Below, in pieces: positions 11,004 to 22,402 of a stretch of DNA of 64,000 nucleotides. Positions within the stretch are counted from its first letter, which is position 1, and the number at the start of each line of letters is the position of its first letter. The DNA is from Mobula hypostoma (taxonomy: Eukaryota), in contig NC_086108.1 of the NCBI RefSeq assembly GCF_963921235.1, forward strand, positions 117,058,001 to 117,122,000. The letters are read 5' to 3'. The position numbers and the translations under genes were made by a program. Under the pieces are notes generated by a model that had not been told where the DNA came from, made no database searches, and saw only the letters and a list, made by a program, of their open reading frames with translations.

Positions 11004-11964
11004 CCGTAACTTCCGCCACCTCCAACGGGATCCCACCACTAAGCACATCTTTCCCTCCCCACCTCTCTCTGCATTCCGCAGGGATCGCTCCCTACACAAC
11101 TCCCTTGTCCATTCGTCCACCCCATCCCTCCCCACTGATCTCCCTCCTGGCACTTATCCGTGCAAGCGGAACAAGTGCTACACATGCCCTTACACTTCCT
11201 CCCTTACCACCATTCAGGGCCCCAAACAGTCCTTCCAGGTGAGGCAACACTTCACCTGTGAGTCGGCTGGGGTGATATACTGCGTCCGGTGCTCCCGGTG
11301 TGGCCTTTTATATATTGGCGAGACCCGACGCAGACTGGGAGACTGCTTTGCTGAACACCTACGCTCTGTCCGCCAGAAAAAGCAGGATCTCCCAGTGGCC
11401 ACACATTTTAATTCCACATCCCATTCCCATTCTGACATGTCTATCCATGGCCTCCTGTACTGTAAAGATGAAGCCACACTCAGTTGGAGGAACAACACCT
11501 TATATTCCGTCTGGGTAGCCTCCAACCTGATGGCATGAACATCGACTTCTCTAACTTCTGCTAATGCCCCACCTCCCCCTTGTACCCCATCTGTTACTTA
11601 TTTTTATACACACATTCTTTCTCTCCCCCTCCTTTTTCTCCCTCTGTCCCTCTGAATATACCCCTTGCCCATCCTCTGGGTCCCCCCCGCCGCCCTCCTT
11701 GTCTTTCTTCCCGGACCTCCTGTCCCATGATCCTCTCATATCCCTTTTGCCAATCACCTGTCCGGCTCTTGACTCCATCCCTCCCCCTCCTGTCTTCTCC
11801 TATCATTTTGGATCTCCCCCTCCCTCTCCAACTTTCAAATCCCTTATTTACTCTTCCTTCAGTTAGTCCTGACGAAGGGTCTCGGCCTGAAACGTCGACT
11901 GTACCTCTTCCTAGAGATGCTGCCTGGCCTGCTGCGTTCACCAGCAACTTTTATGTGTGTTGCT
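11003..11964 (+). mobile_element. Penelope-like element (Neptune type), 3' part, inverted relative to the adjacent copy
   Basis: PCKRNKCYTC linker, GVIYCVRCSRCGLLYIGET GIY-YIG motif (frameshift near 11480) and pLTR; colinear with ~21548-22503. Confidence 0.9.
11864..11901 (+). ncRNA. Minimal type I hammerhead ribozyme in the pLTR
   Basis: TAGTC-CTGACGA(11869-11875)-AGGGTCTCGGCCT-GAAA-CGTC-GACTG: stem I AGTC/GACT, stem II AGG/CCT, palindromic ACGT stem III; predicted cleavage after C11896. Confidence 0.75.
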
Positions 11965-12786
11965 GTAATGTAGCAGCATCCTCTTTTGAGTCAGTATGGG
12001 TGGAAGTCAGGAACAGGAAGGGAGTAGTTACTCTATTGGGGGTATTCTATAGGCCCCCTGGTAGCAGCAGAGATACAGAGGAGCAGATTGGGAGGCAGAT
12101 TTTGGAAAGGTGCAAAAATAACAGGGTTGTTATCATGGGTAACTTTAACAACCCTAATATTGATTGGCACCTGATTAGTTCCAATGGTTTAGACAGGGCA
12201 GAGTTTGTTTAATGTGCCCAGGACGGATTCCTGTCACAGTATGTTGACAGGCCGACTGGGGAAATGCCATACTAGATCTAGTATTAGGTAATGAACCGGG
12301 TCAGGTCACAGATCTCCCAGTGGGTGAGCATCTGGAGGACAGTGACCACCGCTCCCTGGCCTTTAACATTATCATGGAAAAGGAGAGAATCAGAGAGGAC
12401 AGGAAAATTTTTAATTGAGGAAGGACAAATTATGAGGCTACAAGGCTAGAACTTGCGGATGTGAATTGGGGTGACGTTTTTGCGGAGAAATGTACTATGG
12501 ACATGTGGGCAATGTTTACGGATCTCTTGCAGGATGTTAGAGATAAATTTGTCCTGGTGAGGAAGATAAAGAATAGTAGGGTGAAGGAACCATGGGTGAC
12601 AAGTGAGGTGGAAAATCTAGTCAGGTGGAAGAAGGCAGCATACATGAGGTTTAGCAAGCAAGGATCAGATGGGTCTATTGAGGAATATAGAGTAGCAAGA
12701 AAGGAGCTTAAGAAGGGGCTGAGGAAAGCAAGAAGGAGGCATGAGCAGGTCTTGGCGAGTAGGGTAAAGGAAAACCCCAAGGCATT
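11965..12786 (+). mobile_element. CR1 family B ORF2 internal fragment (endonuclease to linker)
   Basis: FESVWVEVRNRKG..GVFYRPP..; colinear with ~14204-15013 of the adjacent full copy. Confidence 0.9.
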
Positions 12787-12887
12787 GCGTGAGTGGGCCA
12801 GTGAAGGAGTGGAGCTTTGAGGTTTTGTCTCGAGAGGCTTCGACGAGAAGAGGCGGAGGACAAGCTAGCTCGCAGTTAGTCTTTACA

Positions 12888-13829
12888 ATGTCTCCTGAGA
12901 CGGTGATGTGCCTCTCATGTGAAATATGGCAGTCTTGGGGGAACGCCCCTCTCCCGCAGAGTCACATCTGCCAGAAGTGCATACGGCTGGGCGATCTGGA
13001 AGACCGCGTAAGGAATCTGGAGCAGCAGCTGGATGACCTTCGACTCATAAGGGAGAATGAGGCAGTCATAGATGAGAGCTACAGGGAGGTAGTCACACCT
13101 AGGCTGTCGGAAGCAGGTCGTTGGGTGACAGTCAGAGGGGGGAAAGCGAAGGTGAGCAGACAGGTAGTACAGAGCACTCCTGCAGCCATTCCCCTTAATA
13201 ATAAGTTTACTGTCCTGGATACTGTTGGCAGGGATGACCGACCAGGTGTGAGTCACGGTGGCAGGGCCTCCGGCACTGAGTCTGACCCTGTTGTGCAGAA
13301 GGGTGGGACAGAGAAGAGGAGAGCTGTCGTCATTGGAGACTCTATAGTCAGGGGAGCAGACAGGAGATTTTGTGGACGTGAGAAGGACACCAGCATGGTT
13401 TGTTGCCTCCCAGGTGCCAGGGTCTGGGATGTCTCTGACTGGTTGCACGACATCCTGGTACTAGAGGGAAAGCAACCAGAAGTCGTGATACATGTTGGGA
13501 CCAACGACATAGGCAGGAAGAGGGATGAGGTCCTGAAGTGTGAGTTTCGGGAACTAGGCAGAAGGCTGAAGAACAGGACCTCAAGGGTGGCGTTCTCAGG
13601 ATTGCTGCCAGTGCTACGTGACAGTGATGGTAAGAATTGGAGGAGATGGCAGTTGAATGCATGGCTGAGGAGTTGGTGCAGGGAGCAGGGTTTTAGATAT
13701 TTAGATCATTGGGATCTCTTCTGGGGAAGGTGGAACTTACACAGATTGGATGGGTTGCACCTGAACTCGAGGGGGAGCAATATCCTTGCTGGTAGGTTTG
13801 CTAGCATGGTTCGGGAGGGTTTAAATTAA
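12888..13829 (+). CDS. CR1 ORF1p: zinc finger, coiled coil, SGNH/GDSL esterase (313 aa)
   Basis: ATG at 12888; CLSC..CQKC, LEDRVRNLEQQLDDL, VVIGDSIVRG, VGTND and DGLH motifs; no internal stop. Confidence 0.85.
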   Translation: MSPETVMCLSCEIWQSWGNAPLPQSHICQKCIRLGDLEDRVRNLEQQLDDLRLIRENEAVIDESYREVVTPRLSEAGRWVTVRGGKAKVSRQVVQSTPAAIPLNNKFTVLDTVGRDDRPGVSHGGRASGTESDPVVQKGGTEKRRAVVIGDSIVRGADRRFCGREKDTSMVCCLPGARVWDVSDWLHDILVLEGKQPEVVIHVGTNDIGRKRDEVLKCEFRELGRRLKNRTSRVAFSGLLPVLRDSDGKNWRRWQLNAWLRSWCREQGFRYLDHWDLFWGRWNLHRLDGLHLNSRGSNILAGRFASMVREGLN

Positions 13830-13960
13830 TTTGCGAGGGGGATGGGACCCAAAGCGATAGAGCAGTGAAAGAAGTGCATGGAGTAAAGCCAGATCTAACA
13901 TACAGAGAGGCTTTGAGGAAAGAGAAGCAGAATAAATGGTGTAAAGACAGTAAGGTGGAA

Positions 13961-16741
13961 GGGCTGAAATGTGTGTACCTCAATGCAAGAAGCATCAGGA
14001 ACACAGGTGATGAACTGAGAGCTTGGATACATACATGGAATTATGATGCAGTGGCCATTACAGAGACTTGACTGGCACCAGGGCAGCAATGGATTCTCAA
14101 TATTCCTGGATTTCAGTGCTTTAAAAGGGATAGAGAGACGGAAAAAGGGGAGGAGGGGTGGCATTACTGCTCAGGGATACTATTACAGCTATAGAAAGGG
14201 TGGGTAATGTAGCAGGATCCTCTTTTGAGTCAATATGGGTGGAAGTCAGGAACAGGAAGGGAGCAGTTACTCTACTGGGGGTATTCTATAGGCCCCCTGG
14301 TAGCAGCAGAGATACAGAGGAGCAGATTGGGAGGCAGATTTTGGAAAGGTGCAAAAATAACAGGGTTGTTATCATGGATGACTTTAACTTCCCTAATATT
14401 GATTGGCACCTGATTAGTTCCAAGGATTTAGATGGGGCAGAGTTTGTTAAGTGTGTCCAGGATGGATTCCTGCCACAGTATGTGGACAGGCCGACCGGGG
14501 GGAATGCCATACTAGATCTAGTACTAGGTAATGAATGGGGTCAGGTCACAGATCTCTCAGTGGGTGAGCATCTGGGGGACAGTGACCACCGCTCCCTGAC
14601 CTTTAGCATTATCATGGAAAAGGATAGAATCAGAGAGGACAGGAAAATTTTTAATTGGGGAAAGGCAAATTATGAGGCTATAAGGCTAGAACTTGCGGGT
14701 GTGAATTGGGATGATGATTTTGCAGGGAAATGTACTATGGACATGTGGTTGATGTTTAGAGATCTCTTGTGGGATGTTAGGGATAAATTTGTCCCGGTGA
14801 AGAAGATAAAGAATGGTAGGGTGAAGGAACCATGGGTGACAAGTGAGGTGGAAAATCTAGTCAGGTGGAAGAAGCAGCATACATGAGGTTTAGGAAGCAA
14901 GGATCAGATGGGTCTATTGAGGAATATAGGGAAGCAAGAAAGGAGTTTAGAAGAGCAAGAAGGGGGCATGAGAAGGCCTTGGCGAGTAGGGTAAAGGAAA
15001 ACCCCAAGGCATTCTTCAATTACGTGAAGAAAAAAAGGATGACAGGAGTGAGGGTAGGACTGATTAGAGATAAAGGTGGGAAGATGTGCCTGGAGGCTGT
15101 GGAAGTGAGCGAGGTCCTCAATGAATACTTCTCTTCAGTATTCACCAATGAGAGTGAACTTGATGATGGTGAGGACAATATGAGTCAGGTTGATGCTCTG
15201 GAGCATGTTGATATTAAGGGAGAGGAGGTGTTGGAATTGGTAAAATACATTAGGACAGATAAGACCCTGGGGCCTGATGGGATATTCCCCAGGCTGCTCC
15301 ACGAGGCGAGAAAAGAAATTGCTGAGCCTCTGACTAGGATCTTTATGTCCTCGTTGTCCACGGGAATGGTACCAGAGGATTGGAGGGAGGCGAATGTTGT
15401 CCCCTTGTTCAAAAAAGGTAGTAGGGATAGTCCGGGTAATTATAGACCAGTGAGCCTTGCGTCTGTGGTTGGAAAGCTGTTGGAAAAGATTCTTAGAGAT
15501 AGGATCTATAGGCATTTAGAGAATCATGGTCTGATCAGGGACAGTCAGCATGGCTTTGTGAAGGGCAGATCATGTCTAACAAGCCTGTTAAAGTTCTTTG
15601 AGGAGGTGACCAGACATATAGATGAGGGTAGTGCAGTGGATGTGATCTACATGGATTTTAGTAAGGCATTTGACAAGGTTCCACACGGTAGGCTTATTCA
15701 GAAAGTTAGAAGGCATGGGATCCAGGGAAGTTTGGCCAGGTGGATTCAGAATTGGCTTGCCTGCAGAAGACAGAGGGTGGTGGTGGAGGAGTACATTCAG
15801 ATTGGAGGATTGTGACTAGTGGTGTCCCACAAGGATCTGTTCTGGGACCTCTACTTTTCGTGATTTTTATTAATGACCTGGATGTTGGGGTAGAAGGGTG
15901 GGTTGGCAAGTTTGCAGATGACACAAAATTTGGTGGTGTCATAGATAGTGTAGAGGATTGTCAAAGATTGCAGAGAGACATTGATAGGATGCAGAAATGG
16001 GCTGAGAAGTGGCAGATGGAGTTCAACCCGGAGAAGTGTGAGGTTGTACACTTTGGAAGGACAAACTCCAAGGCAGAGTACAAAGTAAGTGGCAGGATAC
16101 TTGGTAGTGTGGAGGAGCAGAGGGATCTCGGGTACATGTCCACAGATCCCTGAAAGTTGCCTCACAGGTGGATAGGGTAGTTAAGAAAGCTTATGGGGTA
16201 TTAGCTTTCATAAGTCAAGGGATAGAGTTTAAGAATCGCGATGTAATGATGCAGCTGTATAAAACTCTGGTTAGGCCACATTTGGAGTACTGTGTCCAGT
16301 TCTGGTCGCCTCACTATGGGAAGGATGTGGAAGCATTGGAAAGGGTGCAGAGGAGATTTACCAGGATGCTGCCTGGTTTAGAAAGTATGCATTATGATCA
16401 GAGATTAAGGGAGCTTGGGCTTTACTCTTTGGAGAGAAGGAGGATGAGAGGAGACATGATGGAGGTGTACAAGATAATAAGAGGAATAGATAGAGTGGAT
16501 AGCCAGCGCCTCTTCCTCAGCGCACCACTGCTCAATACAAGAGGACATGGCTTTAAGGTAAGGGGTGGGAAGTTCAAGGGGGATATTAGAGGAAGGTTTT
16601 TTACTCAGAGAGTGGTTGGTGCGTAGAATGCACTGCCTGAGTCAGTGGTGGAGGCAGATACACTAGTGAAGTTTAAGAGACTACTAGACAGGTATATGGA
16701 GGAATTTAAGATGGTGGGGTTATATGGGAGGCAGGATTTAA
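13961..16741 (+). pseudogene. CR1 ORF2 (APE endonuclease and reverse transcriptase), disrupted
   Basis: Starts GLKCVYLNARSIRN; stops at 14069-14071 and 16624-16626; frameshifts separate the ORF segments 14158-14886, 14865-15815, 15740-16153 and 16168-16626. Confidence 0.88.
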
Positions 16742-16800
16742 GGGTCGGCACAACATTGTGGGCCGAAGGGCCTGTACTGTGCTGTACTATTCTATGTTCT

Positions 16801-17098
16801 ATCGGAGGAAGTCGGTGGTGGGCGAACGACCTTATCAGTGAGCTCCAACGTTGCGCGTTCGATTTTTTCTTGAGAATGGGCTCTTTTTTGTTTTCCTTAC
16901 TAACCATATAGGTCAAATTAAGAATTATAAAGCTCAATCATTTAATCACATTTTGTGCACTGTTTGTTATTTTGCGGTACTGATTTGTAACAGGGTACAC
17001 ATCGTGCAGCATCCACCCAAACAAGATTTCTTAAGTTTGGCCGGGCAGGGGAGCTATCATCCCCCTCTGTTAAGCCGCGAGCCGAAGCAAGAGTTACA
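16801..17098 (+). repeat. 3' LTR, 5'-truncated (first ~280 bp missing)
   Basis: Aligns with 9449-9749; ends GAGTTACA followed by the CATG TSD; abuts the CR1 tail. Confidence 0.85.
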
Positions 17099-19165
17099 CA
17101 TGAAGGACAGGTGGACGGGGTATCAGTGAACCTGCCCAGGAATCTATTACTCGGTACTGCCCTGTGCAACACCCTCCACCCCAGGTCCCAGGTCTCACCA
17201 GCCGCCCTCACGGGATGGGAAACAATCTCGCCAGCCGCCCTCACGGGACGGGAAACGGTCTCGCCAGCCGCCCTCACGGGATGGAAACGGTCTCTCCAGC
17301 CGCCCTTACGGGATGGGAAACGATCTCCCCAGCCACCCTCACGGGACGGGAAACGGTCTCGCCAGCTGCCCGAGCGCGTACCCCCGCAGGCTCAGGAGGA
17401 CTCTGACCGGAGGAGACCCTACTGGACCTGCAGTAGCTCCCGGTAAAAACCTGTCAGCTCTCGCACAGCGAAGCAGCTGGGGCTTGCCGCCGGAAGCTGT
17501 GCACCCTCCTGAGGGCAAAGCCCCCGGTGGAGTAACGCTGCGCCAGTGCGTGCCTCCACGGAGGGTGCTCGGAGAACATGAGACAGAGACAGAGAGCAGC
17601 CATCTGGGTACATACACTCACCAGTGACTGACCCCCTCCCCAACAGGAAGACTCTGGACCAGAGCAGGGACCATTGCTTCCCATCATCCCAGAAGCCCAC
17701 CAACTTTCTCTGGGTCCTCTCTGTCCACATACAGTGACCAGCCGGTACCAAAGCATGGAGGTTACCAACCGGCTGATGACCACCAACCTGCCCCAGTACA
17801 AGATTGCGCAGAGTAGACCTGACCATCGTCCCAGTTGGGCAGAGACTTTTGTCTCTAAGTCCCAACACTTAGAACATCAGTTCACCAGCCAAGAATCCAG
17901 AATGGAGCTCAGGTAGACCCCCAGAGAGAGGAGGTGCATGGTACTCCACACATATGGTCTTAGCTCCTCTGGTAGCAAGTCCATTTCCCACTGACCCACT
18001 AAAAGACCGAGCACTTTCTCCAGTTGACCCTGGCAGAGGATGCGGCTGAGAAGACCCTCTGGCAGTCTTGCATCCTCTGTAGGCCAACAGGGTCGGTGAT
18101 CAAGGAGGACATCCTTGGCATAGGCCTAAAGGATTACCTTCATCTCCGGCTCGCGCAGAGCCTCAGACTGTCAACCGCTTCCGAAGAAAGCACAGAAAAG
18201 GCTGTATGCAGACAGAGTACACATGCCCCAACATTGGGAGCCCTGATTCACCCCACCCCCCCCAAAGCAAAATGGTGCTGTCAATGATCCATTGACCTTT
18301 ATCAGGCACTCCGCGGCAGCGAACAGCAGATGGACATGGGAACAAAATGCGGTCGGAGTTCACACACGTGCAGAGTCCCGAGGAGGTAGTCATGACAAAC
18401 ATCTTCTCCTGATCGAGAGAGAGAATGGTGACTGACGGCCCAGACTCATAGGACAGATGGATCAGGTGGTATTATCCTCAATGGGCCAGCCCGAGTCCTT
18501 GTAGAACTGGTCTGAGTGGGTCATTTGGAACACTGCAGACCCCAGGCAATTTGCTGTAGTCCAGGCAAAGATCTTATATCTGGTGCACAGGAGAAACACC
18601 GGGCACCAATTCGTCAGGTGGTGAAGATCTCCCTTCTTTGGCAGCAGGACCACGACCACCTTACAGCCAGAGAGGGGCATCTCACCTGTTGCCAGGCTTG
18701 CACCCAAGACCCTGGCGTAGTCAGCACCCAGAACGTCCAGAAGGCCCTGAGGAATTCCAGTCAACCTGTCCAACCAGGCTGCACTTCCCTTCCCACAGAT
18801 GGTTAAGGATGCTGGAGAGTTCCTCTAGCGATAGGGATGAGTCCAGTTGTAGGACAGCCTTGGGGCTGACCTTTTGCAGGTCTTCCTACAGCACTCCTTG
18901 TGCTTCCTCACTTGATGGGTCCAGTGAGAACAGGGTCGCATAAAATGAGCAAACTTCATGAACAATTCTCTCTGGATCCATGAGGGAGGAGCCACCTTCT
19001 ACCAGCAGCTCCACCAGTTGCCTGCGCACACCCTTCAGTCCTCCAGATAGTAATAGAAGGGTGAGGCATGGTCCAGAACTTGTAACACCTCAATCCTTGA
19101 CCTCTCGAAGGGAGCCCTCAAGCTGCAGGTCCCTCAGTGCTTCCTTTTTCCCTGATACTTCTGCA
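17099..19165 (-). mobile_element. Tx1/L1-clade retrotransposon ORF2 remnant (right part)
   Basis: Minus frames give GEMPLSGCKVVVVLLPKKGDLHHLTNWCPVFLLCTRYKIFA..HSDQ (Tx1 RT) and DLGWRVLHRAVPSNRFLGRFTDTPSTCP, which joins HVCMEC across the Gypsy TSD. Confidence 0.78.
17191..17371. repeat. 33-bp CpG-rich VNTR, ~5.5 copies
   Basis: Unit GGTCTCGCCAGCCGCCCTCACGGGA(C/T)GGGAAAC starting at 17191, 17224, 17257, 17289, 17322 and a partial copy at 17355. Confidence 0.9.
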
Positions 19166-20754
19166 ATGGATCAGTTTCCCTGTGATTAGGATCAGACAAA
19201 GCTGCAGGACAAGCAGCTCTTTAGAACGTAGGACAGCAGCAGCTAAGGAACAGGCCATTTAGTCCTCACCGTTGCGCCGGACCAACTAAAAAGCAAACCA
19301 AAAACACCAAAACACTGATCCCTCCGAGCAGCCATTCAGCCCATCACATCTGCTCTGCCATTTCATCATGGCTGATCCCGGATCCCACTTAACTCCGTAC
19401 ACATACCTTCTCGTTATATCCTTTGATGTCCTGACCAGTCAGGAAACAATCAACCTCTGCCTTAAATATATGCACAGAGCTGGCCTCCACTGCAGTCTGT
19501 GGCAGCGCATTCCATAGATTTACTACTCTCTGGCTAAAAGCATTCTTCCTTATCTCTGTCCTAAAGACTTTCTCTTCAATTTTGAGGCAGTCCCTCTGGT
19601 TCTGGATACCCACCATATGAAACATCCTTCTCTACATCCACCTTATCTAGTTCTTTCAGCATTCAGCAGGTTTCAGTGAGATCCCTCTGCATTCTTCTAA
19701 ATTCCAGTGAGTACAGGCTCAAAGCTGCCAGGCACTCCTCATATGTTAACCCCTTCATTCCCAGGATCATCCTCCTGAACTTCCTCTGGACTCTCCAATG
19801 ACAACACTTCCCGTCTGTGGCCCAAAACTGTAATACTCCACGTGCAGCCTGACTAGTATCTTTTAAAGGCTCAGCATTATCTCCTTGTCTTTATATGCTA
19901 TTCCCCTAGATATAAATGCCAAAATTGCATTTGTCTTCTTTACCAAAGACTCAACCTGTAAATTAACCTTCTGGGAGTCTTGAACATAGAACATAGAATA
20001 GTACAGCACAGTACATGCCCTTCGGCCCAGAATCTTGTGCTGACCCTCAAACCCTGCCTCCCATATAAGCCCCCTTCTTAAATTCCTCCATATACCTGTC
20101 TAGTAGTCTCTTAAACTTCACCAGTGTATCTGCCTCCACCACTGATTCAGGCAGTGCATTCCACGCACCAACCACTCTCTGAGTAAAAAACCTTCCTCTA
20201 ATATCCCCATTGAACTTCCCACCCCTTACCTTAAAGCCATGTCCTCTTGTATTGAGCAGTGGTGCCCTGGGGAAGAGGCGCTGGCTATCCACTCTATCTA
20301 TTCCTCTTATTATCTTGTATACCTCTACCATGTCTCCTCTCATCCTCCTTCTCTTCAAAGATTAAAGCCCAAGCTCCCTTAATCTCTGATCATAATGCAT
20401 ACTCTCTAAACCAGGCAGCATTCTGGTAAATCTCCTCTGTACCCTTTCCAATGCTTCCACATCCTTCCTATAGTGAGGTGACCAGAACTGGACACAATAC
20501 TCCAAGTGTGGCCTAACCAGAGTTTTATAGAGCTGCATCATTATATCGCGAATCTTAAACTCTATCCCTGGACTTATGAAAGCTAACCCTCCATAAGCTT
20601 TCTTAACTACCCTATCCACCTGTGAGGCAACTTTCAGGGATCTGTGGACATGTACCCTGAGATCCCTCTGCTCCTCCACACTACCAAGTATCCTGCCATT
20701 TACTTTGTACTCTGTCTTGCAGTTTGTCCTTCCAAAGTGTACCACCTCACACTT

Positions 20755-22110
20755 GTCCAGTCCCTATATACTTCCATCCCCCATCAGGAAGGTCTCAAAG
20801 CTCTACGCTTCTTTTTGGATTCCAGACCTAATCAGTTCCCCTCTACCACCACTCTGCTCCGTCTAGCAGAATTAGTCCTTACTCTTAATAATTTCTCCTT
20901 TTGCTCCTCCCATTTCCTCCAAACTAAAGGTGTAGCTATGGGCACCCGTATGGGTCCTAGCTATGCCTGCCTTTTTGTTGGGTTTGTGGAACAATCTATG
21001 TTCCGTGCCTATTCTGGTATCTGTCCCCCACTTTTCCTTCGCTACATCGACGACTGCATTGGCGCTGCTTCCTGCACGCATGCAGAACTCGTTGACTTTA
21101 TTAACTTTGCCTCCAACTTTCACCCTGCCCTCAAGTTTACCTGGTCCATTTCTGACACCTCCCTCCCCTTTCTAGATCTTTCTGTCTCTGTCTCTGGAGA
21201 CAGCTTATCCACTGATGTCTACTATAAGCCTACTGACTCTCACAACTATCTGGACTATTCCTCTTCTCACCCTGTCTCTTGCAAAAACGCCATCCCCTTC
21301 TCGCAATTCCTCCGTCTCCGCCGCATCTGCTCTCAGGATGAGGCTTTTCATTCTAGGACGAGGGAGATGTCTTCATTTTTTAAAGAAAGGGGCTTCCCTT
21401 CCTCCACTATCAACTCTGCTCTTAAACGCATCTCCCCCATTTCACGTACATCTGCTCTCACTCCATCCTCCCACCACCCCACTAGGAATAGGGTTCCCCT
21501 GGTCCTCACCTACCACCCCACCAGCCTCCGGGTCCAACATATTATTCTCCGTAACTTCCGCCACCTCCAACGGGATCCCACCACTAAGCATATCTTTCCC
21601 TCCCCGCCTCTCTCTGCATTCCGCAGGGATCGCTCCCTACACAACTCCCTTGTCCATTCGTCCCCCGCATCCCTCCCCACTGATCTCCCTCCTGGCACTT
21701 ATCCGTGTAAGCGCAACAAGTGCTACACATGCCCTTACACTTCCTCCCTTACCACCATTCAGGGCCCCAAACAGTCCTTCCAGGTGAGGCATCACTTCAC
21801 CTGTGAGTCGACTGGGGTGATATACTGCGTCCGGTGCTCCCGATGTGGCCTTTTATATATTGGTGAGACCCGACGCAGACTGGGAGACCGCTTTGCTGAA
21901 CATCTACGCTCTGTCCGCCAGAGAAAGCAGGATCTCCCAGTGGCCACACATTTTAATTCCACATCCCATTCCCATTCTGACATGTCTATCCATGGCCTCC
22001 TCTACTGTAAAGATGAAGCCACACTCAGGTTGGAGGAACAACACCTTATATTCCGTCTGGGTAGCCTCCAACCTGATGGCATGAACATTGACTTCTCTAA
22101 CTTCCGCTAG
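20755..22110 (+). CDS. Penelope-like RT, Cys linker and GIY-YIG endonuclease (5'-truncated, 451 open codons)
   Basis: VQSLYTSIPH, QTKGVAMGTRMGPSYA, RYIDD, PFLDL, PCKRNKCYTC and GVIYCVRCSRCGLLYIGET; no internal stop. Confidence 0.85.
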   Translation, partial: VQSLYTSIPHQEGLKALRFFLDSRPNQFPSTTTLLRLAELVLTLNNFSFCSSHFLQTKGVAMGTRMGPSYACLFVGFVEQSMFRAYSGICPPLFLRYIDDCIGAASCTHAELVDFINFASNFHPALKFTWSISDTSLPFLDLSVSVSGDSLSTDVYYKPTDSHNYLDYSSSHPVSCKNAIPFSQFLRLRRICSQDEAFHSRTREMSSFFKERGFPSSTINSALKRISPISRTSALTPSSHHPTRNRVPLVLTYHPTSLRVQHIILRNFRHLQRDPTTKHIFPSPPLSAFRRDRSLHNSLVHSSPASLPTDLPPGTYPCKRNKCYTCPYTSSLTTIQGPKQSFQVRHHFTCESTGVIYCVRCSRCGLLYIGETRRRLGDRFAEHLRSVRQRKQDLPVATHFNSTSHSHSDMSIHGLLYCKDEATLRLEEQHLIFRLGSLQPDGMNIDFSNFR

Positions 22111-22402
22111 GCCCTACCTCCCCCTCGTACCCCATCTGTTACTCTTTTTAATGCACACATTCTTTCTCTCACTCTCCTTTTTCTCCCTCTGTCCCTCTGA
22201 ATATACCTCTTGCCCATCCTCTGGGTCACCCCCCCCCCGTCTTTCTTCCCGGACCTCCTGTCCCATGATCCTCTCGTATCCCCTTTTGCCTATCACCTGT
22301 CCAGCTCTCGGCTCCATCCCTCCCCCTCCTGTCTTCTCCTATCATTTTGCATCTCCCCCTCCCCCTCCAGCTTTCAAATCCCTTACTCACTCTTCCTTCA
22401 GT

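Larger units (their letters stand above)
12787..16800 (+). mobile_element. Near full-length CR1 LINE (family B): 5' UTR, ORF1, disrupted ORF2, 3' tail
   Basis: Intact ORF1; APE endonuclease and RT (SGVPQGSVLGPLLF..KFADD) in order; ends GGGCCTGTACTGTGCTGTACTATTCTATGTTCT. Confidence 0.92.
9170..17098 (+). mobile_element. Gypsy/Metaviridae LTR retrotransposon shell, internally deleted and filled with other elements
   Basis: Begins TGTAAC (9170), ends GTTACA (17098), 4-bp TSD CATG (9166-9169 and 17099-17102); LTR sequence repeated at 9449-9749 and 16801-17098; PBS and gag follow the 5' LTR; no pol detectable. Confidence 0.85.

Noticed and set aside
12888..13829. Host GDSL lipase or horizontally acquired esterase
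   Set aside because: An SGNH esterase ORF1 is an established feature of CR1-group LINEs, and it lies immediately upstream of ORF2.
17191..17371. 33-bp VNTR as the seed of the giant 38-bp array
   Set aside because: Only short words are shared (CCCTCAC, and CCGTCCC on the opposite strand); the units are not colinear.
20644..20754. N-terminal extension making a 488-aa 'complete' RT-endonuclease protein
   Set aside because: These 37 codons are antisense CR1 upstream of the TSD; the in-frame fusion is fortuitous and the element lacks the N-terminal part of RT.
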